Source of the DNA: a bacterium
GTDB taxonomy: Bacteria > Krumholzibacteriota > Krumholzibacteriia > G020349025
Assembly: GCA_031362565.1 (NCBI GenBank)
Contig: JANLSU010000092.1
Coordinates: 1-13,351, forward strand
Length of the DNA stretch: 13,351 bases
Reading direction: 5' to 3'
Shown here: positions 1 to 6,894 of the stretch, one piece after another
Position numbering within the stretch: position 1 is the first letter of the stretch
Layout of the letters: each line of letters starts with the position of its first letter
The notes under the pieces: generated by a model
Seen by the model: the letters and a program-made list of their open reading frames with translations, nothing else
What the model was told of the DNA's origin: nothing
Database searches by the model: none
Program-made: the position numbers and the translations under genes

Positions 1-130
1 CGTCCGCGGCGAGCCGCGTGCGGGCGAGCCCCCGCCGGAGGCCCGGAGGGCCGAGAGGCGACGAGCGAGGGAGAGAGCCGACAGGAGGTCGGCGAACGAC
101 CGCGAGCCCGCATGCGGCTCGCCGCGGACG
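1..130. repeat. Structured non-coding element: 25-bp inverted repeat enclosing two internal hairpins (REP/MITE-like or structured RNA); may extend left of the window
   Basis: 1-25 (CGTCCGCGGCGAGCCGCGTGCGGGC) is the reverse complement of 106-130 with one mismatch. Inner hairpins are GGCCC-GGA-GGGCC (40-52) and GCCGAC-AGGAG-GTCGGC (77-93). It lies 39 nt beyond the glmS stop. Confidence 0.8.
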
Positions 131-169
131 CCCGCGCTCGCAGAACATTTCCGAATTCCGCGCCGCGCG

Positions 170-1999
170 TTACTCGACAGTGACCGACTTGGCCAAATTC
201 CTCGGCCGATCCACATCGCACCCACGCAGCACCGCAATGTGATACGCCAGCAACTGCAGCGGGATCACCGACAGAATCGGCGTCAGCAGATTGAGCGTCT
301 CCGGAATCGTGATCGTGTGGTCGGCCTTCTTCATGACGTCGACATCGCCTTCGGTGGCAATAGCGATGATCCGGCCCTTGCGCGCCTTCACTTCTTCGAC
401 GTTGCCGAGGATCTTCTGATAGCCGCCGTCGCGCGTGCAGATGACGACCACCGGCATGTTTTCGTCGATGAGCGCGATCGGCCCGTGCTTCATCTCGGCC
501 GCCGGGTAGCCCTCGGCGTGCACGTAGGAGATTTCCTTCAGCTTCAGCGCGCCCTCGAGCGCCACCGGGAAGTTCGGACCGCGCCCCAAGTACAGGAAAT
601 TGTTGTGATGATGGTAGGCCTCGGCAATGGCGCGGATCTCGTGGTCCTGCGCCAAGATCTGTTCGATCTGCCCCGGCAGCGCCTCGATCGCCGAAATGAG
701 CCGGCGCCCTTCCTGGCGCGACATGTTGCGCAGGCGGCCGAGCATCAGCGTCAAGATGGCGAGCACCGTCGCCTGCGACGTGAATGCCTTGGTCGAGGCA
801 ACCCCAATCTCGGGTCCGGCGTGCAAGTACACACCGCCATCCGACTCGCGGGCGATCGTCGAACCGACCACGTTCACCAGCCCGAGCGCCGTCGCGCCCT
901 TGCGCTTGGCCTCGCGCATGGCGGCCAGTGTATCGATCGTCTCGCCCGACTGCGAGATCACGAAGGTGATCGTGCCTTCCTCGACGATTGGATTGCGATA
1001 GCGGAATTCGCTCGCGTACTCCACCTCGACCGGGATGCGCGCCACTTCCTCGATCATGTATTCGCCGAGCAACGCTGCATGCCACGACGTTCCACAGCCG
1101 ATGAACACCAGGCGTTTGACGCGCCGCAGTTCGTCGTTCGACAAGTTGAGCCCGCCCAAGTGGGCGTCACCGTCTTCCCACACCAAGCGGCCGCGGAACG
1201 CATTGCGAATCGTCTGCGGCTGCTCGAAGATCTCCTTGAGCATGAAATGGTCGTAGCCGCCCTTTTCGATCATGTCGAGATCCCATTCGACATGCGTCAG
1301 CGTCTTCGACACCGTGGCCTCGCCGTTGTCGACGGTGCGGATGTTCGGGCCGTCGTCGGTCAAGGTCACCATTTCATGGTCGTCCAAGTAGAACACGCGC
1401 CGCGTGTGGCGCAGAATGGCGCTGACGTCACTGGCGACGAAATACTCGCCGCTGCCGACGCCGACGATGAGCGGGCTGCCGTTGCGCGCCCCGACGATGG
1501 TGCGTGGGTGATCGGAGTGCACGACCGCGATGCCGTAGGTGCCCTCGACCATCTTGAGCGCCGCCCGAACCGCGCCTTCGAGGTCACCGGCGTGAAACTC
1601 CTCGATCAAATGTGCCAGCACTTCGGTGTCGGTTTCGGTCGTGAACTTGTGGCCGCGATTCACGAGGTTCTTCTTCAGCGTCGCGTAGTTTTCGATGATG
1701 CCGTTGTGGATGACGGCGACTTTGCCGGTACAATCGGTATGCGGATGGGCGTTGATCGTGTTGGGCTCACCGTGCGTCGCCCAGCGCGTGTGCGCGATGC
1801 CGATCGTGCCTTCGAGGGTCCGGTCGCGCAAATGGTCTTCGAGTTTGGCGATCTTGCCGACCGCTTTCTCGATGCGCAGCCCCGGTTCGAGCACCGCCAC
1901 CCCGGCCGAGTCGTAGCCGCGGTATTCCAGGCGCTTCAAGCCTTCGAGCAGAATCGGTACAGCCTGTTTGGATCCGATGTAGCCGATGATTCCACACAT
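170..1999 (-). CDS. glmS: Glutamine--fructose-6-phosphate aminotransferase (isomerizing), 609 aa
   Basis: Starts MCGIIG (Ntn-amidotransferase catalytic Cys); contains LEYRGYDSAG, GIAHTRWATHG, HNGIIEN, SQSGET, EMKHGPIAL and ends PRNLAKSVTVE. The start is set at ATG 1999 because the Cys must be N-terminal after Met removal. Confidence 0.98.
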   Translation of the reverse strand: MCGIIGYIGSKQAVPILLEGLKRLEYRGYDSAGVAVLEPGLRIEKAVGKIAKLEDHLRDRTLEGTIGIAHTRWATHGEPNTINAHPHTDCTGKVAVIHNGIIENYATLKKNLVNRGHKFTTETDTEVLAHLIEEFHAGDLEGAVRAALKMVEGTYGIAVVHSDHPRTIVGARNGSPLIVGVGSGEYFVASDVSAILRHTRRVFYLDDHEMVTLTDDGPNIRTVDNGEATVSKTLTHVEWDLDMIEKGGYDHFMLKEIFEQPQTIRNAFRGRLVWEDGDAHLGGLNLSNDELRRVKRLVFIGCGTSWHAALLGEYMIEEVARIPVEVEYASEFRYRNPIVEEGTITFVISQSGETIDTLAAMREAKRKGATALGLVNVVGSTIARESDGGVYLHAGPEIGVASTKAFTSQATVLAILTLMLGRLRNMSRQEGRRLISAIEALPGQIEQILAQDHEIRAIAEAYHHHNNFLYLGRGPNFPVALEGALKLKEISYVHAEGYPAAEMKHGPIALIDENMPVVVICTRDGGYQKILGNVEEVKARKGRIIAIATEGDVDVMKKADHTITIPETLNLLTPILSVIPLQLLAYHIAVLRGCDVDRPRNLAKSVTVE

Positions 2000-2025
2000 G
2001 TTTCGTCGCCCCCGCGAAGTCCGCC

Positions 2026-3405
2026 TTAACGACCTGGCACTGTGGACAAAGACCCGAAACGCTTCAGAGCCCGATCGGCGAGCGATTGCGCCGTCGCCGC
2101 GTCCCGGCTCTCGGCAATCGCCCGAACGATGGGCTCGGTATTCGACCGGCGCAGGTGCACCCAGCCGTCCGCGAGTGTCACCTTGACCCCGTCCGTCGTG
2201 TCGACGGGACCTCCGAACTCGGCCTGGGCGAGAGCCACGAGTTCGGAATCGGTGACCGGCCGTGCGAGCGGCTGCGCGCGCTTGATCATGGTATACCGCG
2301 GCAGGCCCGCATACAGCTCCGACAGCCGGCGGCCGCTGTCGGCCAAAGTTTGCAAGATCAAGGCCATGCCCACCATGGCATCGCGCCCGGCATGCAGGGC
2401 CGGCAGGATGACGCCGCCATTGCCCTCGCCGCCGATCACGGCGCCGACTTCCAGCATGCGCGCCACGACGTTCACTTCGCCGACGGCGGTCCGGTAGAGC
2501 GGCACACCGTGGCGTTTGCACACGTCGTCGATGGCGCTCGTCGTGCTCAGGTTGACCACCATGGGCGCCGGTGCGTGCGCCAAGAGCCAGTCGGCGGCGA
2601 TCGCCAGCGTGTACTCCTCCGACAACGCCTCGCCGGTTTCGGCGACGAGCCCCAGCCGGTCGGCATCGGGATCGGTCGCGAATCCGACGTCGGCGCCCAC
2701 TTCGCGCACCTTGGCCATGAGATCCGCCAAATGCGCCGGCGTCGGTTCCGGGCGGCGCGAGAAGCGGCCGGTGGGTTCAGTGTAGAGCTCGGTGACCTGC
2801 ACGCCCAAGCGCCGCAAGAGGTCCGGCGCGATCATGCCGCCGGCGCCATTGGTGCAATCGACGACCGCGTGCAGCTTGCGGCCGGCGATGCGATCGCGGT
2901 CCAACCACGGCAAGCCGAGGATGCCGCGAATGTGCACTTCGGCGGCGGCCGCGTCTTCGGTCACCGCGCCGAGTTCATCCCAGCGCTTGTGCACGATGCG
3001 CCCATCGCGCTGAATCGCCATCACGGCTTCGCCCTCGACGGCCGACAGGAAGAGTCCGGTGGGCGCCAAAAGCTTGAGCGCGTTCCAGGGTTCAGGATTG
3101 TGGCTGGCGGTGATAATGATGCCGCCCGACGCGCCGTGCGTCGTGACCAGCATCTCCGTCGTCGGCGTCGTCGCGATGCCGAGATCGATGACATCGTGGC
3201 CGGTCGAGACGAGCCCGGCGATGACCGCGTGACGCATCATCGGCCCCGAGACGCGGCTATCGCGTCCCACGACGACCGGCCCCGGCGCCGCCCAGGTGCC
3301 AAAGGCTGCCGCCAGGCGGCACACGACCTCGGCATTCAGCGCCGGGCCGACAACACCACGGACCCCCGAAATGGAGATCATGAGAGTGCGGTCGTCGGCC
3401 TCCAC
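2026..3405 (-). CDS. glmM: Phosphoglucosamine mutase (alpha-D-phosphohexomutase family), 459 aa
   Basis: Phosphoserine loop ITASHNP, metal loop DPDADR, sugar-binding GGEGNGG, C-terminal RRSNTEP. GTG start with AAGGAG 7 nt upstream. Adjacency to glmS favours GlmM over PMM/PGM. Confidence 0.88.
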   Translation of the reverse strand: MEADDRTLMISISGVRGVVGPALNAEVVCRLAAAFGTWAAPGPVVVGRDSRVSGPMMRHAVIAGLVSTGHDVIDLGIATTPTTEMLVTTHGASGGIIITASHNPEPWNALKLLAPTGLFLSAVEGEAVMAIQRDGRIVHKRWDELGAVTEDAAAAEVHIRGILGLPWLDRDRIAGRKLHAVVDCTNGAGGMIAPDLLRRLGVQVTELYTEPTGRFSRRPEPTPAHLADLMAKVREVGADVGFATDPDADRLGLVAETGEALSEEYTLAIAADWLLAHAPAPMVVNLSTTSAIDDVCKRHGVPLYRTAVGEVNVVARMLEVGAVIGGEGNGGVILPALHAGRDAMVGMALILQTLADSGRRLSELYAGLPRYTMIKRAQPLARPVTDSELVALAQAEFGGPVDTTDGVKVTLADGWVHLRRSNTEPIVRAIAESRDAATAQSLADRALKRFGSLSTVPGR

Positions 3406-3453
3406 GCGGCAACTCCTTGCGCGTCCATCGCGTCGGCGCGCGGCGTTTCAGGA

Positions 3454-3529
<76 letters not shown>

Positions 3530-3553
3530 TTCCCCAGAGCCTGAACAGCCTTG

Positions 3554-3570
3554 CGCGAGCGAAGCTCGCG
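3554..3570. repeat. Perfect 7-bp hairpin in the tRNA spacer (CGCGAGC-GAA-GCTCGCG)
   Basis: Read directly; contains the GCGAAGC mini-hairpin core on the plus strand. Confidence 0.65.
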
Positions 3571-3581
3571 GCCGAGAAGGG

Positions 3582-3657
<76 letters not shown>

Positions 3658-3669
3658 AGCCAGCCGGCG

Positions 3670-3699
3670 AGTATAGGGAGCCATTCTGGAGGGTGTCAA
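3670..3699 (-). promoter_or_regulatory. Sigma70-type promoter for the tRNA-Phe/tRNA-Thr (and possibly glmM-glmS) transcript
   Basis: TTGACA (3699-3694), 18-nt spacer, TATACT (3675-3670), then a GC-rich discriminator (CGCCGGC). The -10 box ends 12 nt before the tRNA-Phe 5' end. Confidence 0.85.
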
Positions 3700-4703
3700 C
3701 GCCCTGGCTCGCGCCCGGAGGCGGTGCCACCGGCTTGTGTGCCGCCGGTCACGGCGCCTGCACCGGCCGCTTCGGCACCTTCGGTCAAGCGCCGGTCGAC
3801 GCGATACACGCTGCCCGATTGGCCCTTGGCGTACTTCTTCATTTCGGACGCCAGATTCGACACCTGCATGGCGTCCACGAAGGCCCGCTGTTGGCTCGTC
3901 ACGACGCCGATCGACACCGTCATCATCGGGTAACGCACCGGCTCGCCTTGGCGGCTCACCGCCTCGATGAAGCCCCGCGCCTGGTGTTCCGGCTTGTAGT
4001 ACTCGGGAATCGCGGCGTCGAAGCGGCGAATCGTCTCGATGCAACAGGGCTCCCAGGACTCGAGATCGGCGAGGAAGAAGAAATCGTCGCCGCCGATATG
4101 GCCCAGGAACCAGTTGACCGCTTTCTCGCGCATCACGGCCGCGAGGATTTCGGCAAGCCGCTTCAGCACTTTGTCGCCGGCTTCGAAGCCGTATTCGTCG
4201 TTGTAGGCCTTGAAGTGATCGAGGTCGGCGTAGCACGCCGCGAACGGCACATTGGAGGCGATCGAGGCCTCGATCTGCCGCGAAATGACCTGGTTGCCGG
4301 GCAGGCCGGTGAGCGGATTGGCGCTCATGTTCTCGGCGGTGCGGCGCAGGATCATCTGAATGCGCGCCAGCAATTCCTCGAACTCGAACGGTTTGACGAC
4401 GTAATCGTCGGCGCCTTCGGTGATCCCGTTCACTTTGTCGCTCGTGTCACCCTTGGCGGTCAGCATGATGACCGGCACGCGCGCCCAGGCGTTGCGCTTG
4501 CGAATCTCACGGCAGGCCGTGAAGCCGTCCATCTTGGGCATCATGACGTCGAGCAGCACCAGATCCGGGTGATGCGTGTCGAGCAACTCGAGGGCTTCGA
4601 GCCCGTTGTTGCCGATGACGCAATCGAAGCCCTTCTTCTCCAGCCGGAAGCGGAGAATGCGGGCGATATCCTGATCGTCGTCAACGATAAGAATGCGCGT
4701 CAC
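3696..4703 (-). CDS. Response regulator with receiver domain and GGDEF-family (GGDDF variant) nucleotide cyclase domain, 335 aa
   Basis: REC: ILIVDDD, DLVLLDVMMP, IMLTAK, YVVKPF. Cyclase: NPLTGLPGN, DLDHFKAYNDEYGFEAGD, GHIGGDDF, TVSIGV. GTG at 4703 overlaps the upstream TGA (GTGA) and follows GGAGAG at 4715-4710. Confidence 0.92.
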   Translation of the reverse strand: MTRILIVDDDQDIARILRFRLEKKGFDCVIGNNGLEALELLDTHHPDLVLLDVMMPKMDGFTACREIRKRNAWARVPVIMLTAKGDTSDKVNGITEGADDYVVKPFEFEELLARIQMILRRTAENMSANPLTGLPGNQVISRQIEASIASNVPFAACYADLDHFKAYNDEYGFEAGDKVLKRLAEILAAVMREKAVNWFLGHIGGDDFFFLADLESWEPCCIETIRRFDAAIPEYYKPEHQARGFIEAVSRQGEPVRYPMMTVSIGVVTSQQRAFVDAMQVSNLASEMKKYAKGQSGSVYRVDRRLTEGAEAAGAGAVTGGTQAGGTASGREPGR

Positions 4704-5116
4704 GACACACTCTCCACGGCGGCCGGTTCGTTGCCGGCTTCCAGAAGGGTCCGAATTTCGGCCAAGAGCCGGTTCAGATCGAAGGGCTTCCACACGGTCA
4801 AGTCCGCCGCCGACCAGGTATCGAGGAACTCACGCCGCGCCGACGACGACACGCGGCGGGCCGTGACCATGATGATCTTGAACGGCCGCAGCTTCCCGGC
4901 GCGCATGTCCTGCTTCAGGAAACGCGACACTTCATAGCCATTGGCACCCGGCAGCATGACATCGAGGAGCGCCAGATCGAGGTTCGACTCGCGCGCCGCT
5001 TGCAACGCCGCGAGCCCGTCCTGGACGCACACCACTTCGAAACCTTCGCGCTCGAGCGAGTAGCGCAACGTTTCGAGGATGTCCGGATCGTCATCTGCGA
5101 GCAGAATCTTCGCCAC
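4700..5116 (-). CDS. Single-domain response regulator (receiver only), 138 aa
   Basis: ILLADDD acidic pocket, phospho-acceptor in DLALLDVMLP, Thr in MVTAR, Lys in WKPF; no output domain. GTG start preceded by GGAAGGGG. Confidence 0.92.
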   Translation of the reverse strand: MAKILLADDDPDILETLRYSLEREGFEVVCVQDGLAALQAARESNLDLALLDVMLPGANGYEVSRFLKQDMRAGKLRPFKIIMVTARRVSSSARREFLDTWSAADLTVWKPFDLNRLLAEIRTLLEAGNEPAAVESVS

Positions 5117-6266
5117 CCGCTACCCCTTCCATGGACGCGAGCCGGATCGGCAGCGGATGCCTGCAACGCACCAAGCCGCAAAGGAGAGCTTCGTCGCCCG
5201 GCGTCCCGCGCCGGACCTGCCGGGCGTGCATGCGTACCGTGGCCACTGCCTGCGGATCGGCGTCGCGACGCAGCGTGCCGACAACTGGCGCCAGCAACGC
5301 TCGTACCCCGCACGCACCGGCCGCGACCCAGGTCGTCGGCGTCAGTGCCGTGATGAACGTCTGCGCCGCCGGCAAGCACTCCGACAGCGCCGCGGCGGCC
5401 CGGCCACGCAGCACGGCGTCGATTTCCGCCGGCACCCGCAACACCACGAGCCCATACGATGCGGCGCTGGCGCGGGAATTCAGTTCAGCGATCAACGGAT
5501 CCAGGTCGGTCACCAGGTCGAGCGTCGGTTCGTCGGCCGGCAAGGTGACGACGAATCGCGTTCCTTCCTGACCGGCACAGGCACCCAGACGCAGATCCCC
5601 GTGCAGTAGACGGGCCAACGAGCGCGCCACGGTGAGTCCAAGCCCCAGACCGGCACCGCCGCACTTCTGGGCCTCGGCGCTCGAGTAGTAAGGTTCGAAG
5701 AGCCGCTCGCGCGCTTCAGGCGTCAGGCCGATGCCGGTGTCCCGCACTTCGATCAAGAGGAGCCGTGGGCGCACCGCGAAGCCGCCGCCCAACAGCGACA
5801 AACGTTCCGGTAACACTGGTCCGCGCGCCGGCTCGGCGCGCAGCGTAATGGTGCCGCCCGCCGGCGTGAATTTGAGAGCGTTGCTCACCAGGTTGGCCAG
5901 GATCTGTTCGAGGCAGCTCGTGTCCGTGCAGGCCTCCACCGCGGGGTCGCACTCCCAGCCCAGCACAATTCCACGCAGCGTCGCTTCGCCTGCGAATTCG
6001 TCGCAGCAACGTTCGAGAAGCGGCAGGACCTGCACCGTTTCGCGGCGCGGCGTGTAAGCCGCCGGCATCGCGATGGCGATCATGTTGTCGAGGATACGGC
6101 CGGCACGGCCGAGATTCCGGGCTGCAATGTCGAGGAATCGCCGCGCGTCCGGCGTCAGTTGGCCGGCACGCTCGGTACGCACGACATCGAGCGCGTTGCG
6201 CGCCGGTGCCAATGCACCGCCGACTTCGTGTGCGACGAGCGCGAGCGCTTCTGGACGTTCATCCAT
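5091..6266 (-). CDS. Histidine kinase without an N-terminal sensor (HisKA-HATPase plus ~148-aa C-terminal domain), 391 aa
   Basis: His13 in AHEVGGAL, N box QILANLVSNALKFT, G1 EVRDTGIGL, F box LFEPYY, G2 GAGLGLGL. ATG with GGAGG at 6278-6274; 26-nt overlap with the downstream receiver gene. Confidence 0.88.
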   Translation of the reverse strand: MDERPEALALVAHEVGGALAPARNALDVVRTERAGQLTPDARRFLDIAARNLGRAGRILDNMIAIAMPAAYTPRRETVQVLPLLERCCDEFAGEATLRGIVLGWECDPAVEACTDTSCLEQILANLVSNALKFTPAGGTITLRAEPARGPVLPERLSLLGGGFAVRPRLLLIEVRDTGIGLTPEARERLFEPYYSSAEAQKCGGAGLGLGLTVARSLARLLHGDLRLGACAGQEGTRFVVTLPADEPTLDLVTDLDPLIAELNSRASAASYGLVVLRVPAEIDAVLRGRAAAALSECLPAAQTFITALTPTTWVAAGACGVRALLAPVVGTLRRDADPQAVATVRMHARQVRRGTPGDEALLCGLVRCRHPLPIRLASMEGVAGGEDSARR

Positions 6267-6296
6267 GACTCAACCTCCGCCGAGTAGGCAGAGGGA

Positions 6297-6312
6297 AGCA
6301 AGGGGCACGCCA
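6297..6312 (-). promoter_or_regulatory. Sigma54 (RpoN) -24/-12 promoter for the kinase-receiver-cyclase operon
   Basis: Minus strand TGGCGTGCCCCTTGCT matches TGGC-N7-TTGCW with exact GG-N10-GC spacing. It is intergenic and correctly oriented; predicted +1 near 6286, just upstream of the GGAGG RBS. Confidence 0.72.
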
Positions 6313-6348
6313 GACCCTGGGAATCAAAACACGTGGCGGGAGAATCGT

Positions 6349-6732
6349 TTAGGCGTCCGTCGCCTCGAGAGCGGTGATGAGCGCCTGGACGCGGGCGGCG
6401 CCCAGTTCCTCATGGACGAGCTCGGCCAGGCCGCAGAGGACGGCAAAACTTGCGACGCGAATCTCTTCGGGATGCCGGTGCGGCAGGGCGTGTGACAACA
6501 CACCCAGAAAAGTCTCAAGATCGGCGGCGTGGAGACCAGACGGGGGAACGAGCGGCGTCGAGCCGTGAAACGCCCGTGGCACGAGCGTCGCGCCGTCGGC
6601 GCCCAGACAGGTCCAGGCGCTGCGAACCAGGTGTTCGATCCGGATGATCGCGGCGTCGATGTCGGCCGGCATCTGGGCGATCTTTGCCAGCCGTGCTTCT
6701 ACCGAAACCGAAGTCGCAATGGCCATTTCCAT
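6349..6732 (-). CDS. Small hypothetical protein, ~127 aa, probably alpha-helical (alternative start at 6726)
   Basis: The part of ORF 6349..6990 from MEMAIAT onward has protein-like amphipathic composition. GGAGG lies at 6747-6743; it fills the gap between two kinases on the same strand and follows a sigma54-type promoter. Confidence 0.7.
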   Translation of the reverse strand: MEMAIATSVSVEARLAKIAQMPADIDAAIIRIEHLVRSAWTCLGADGATLVPRAFHGSTPLVPPSGLHAADLETFLGVLSHALPHRHPEEIRVASFAVLCGLAELVHEELGAARVQALITALEATDA

Positions 6733-6815
6733 GAATCCCCGTCCTCCCATCCCCGATCCAGCCCCGGAACGGGCGCCGCTCTGCCGCGAGCGCGGCGCCG
6801 GCAACACCCCATGAT

Positions 6816-6831
6816 TGCAATATCGACGCCA
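6816..6831 (-). promoter_or_regulatory. Sigma54 (RpoN) -24/-12 promoter for the small hypothetical gene
   Basis: Minus strand TGGCGTCGATATTGCA matches TGGC-N7-TTGCA with GG-N10-GC spacing. It is intergenic and correctly oriented; predicted +1 near 6805. Confidence 0.72.
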
Positions 6832-6858
6832 CGAACTCGTTTGGGAAGCGTCTGCGGC

Positions 6859-6894
6859 AAACGCCCGCGACACCACTGGAGTGCGGCGCGGGCG
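6859..6894 (-). terminator. Possible intrinsic terminator or 3' stabilising hairpin after the GAF kinase
   Basis: 8-bp stem CGCCCGCG/CGCGGGCG (6862-6869 with 6887-6894) plus an inner CAC/GTG, 28 nt after the stop. It is followed by only TTT on the minus strand, so the U-tract is weak. Confidence 0.4.

Noticed and set aside
2000..2025. glmS ribozyme upstream of glmS
   Set aside because: Only 26 nt separate glmM and glmS, and the 48 nt before glmM show no ribozyme core either.
2000..2521. 174-residue N-terminal extension of the glmS ORF in the six-frame track
   Set aside because: It overlaps glmM in another frame, is Arg-rich and non-protein-like, and GlmS needs its catalytic Cys at the N-terminus.
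4704..4793. Longer start for the REC-GGDDF gene
   Set aside because: It overlaps the upstream receiver gene; the GTG at 4703 has an RBS, overlaps the upstream stop and coincides with the receiver domain start.
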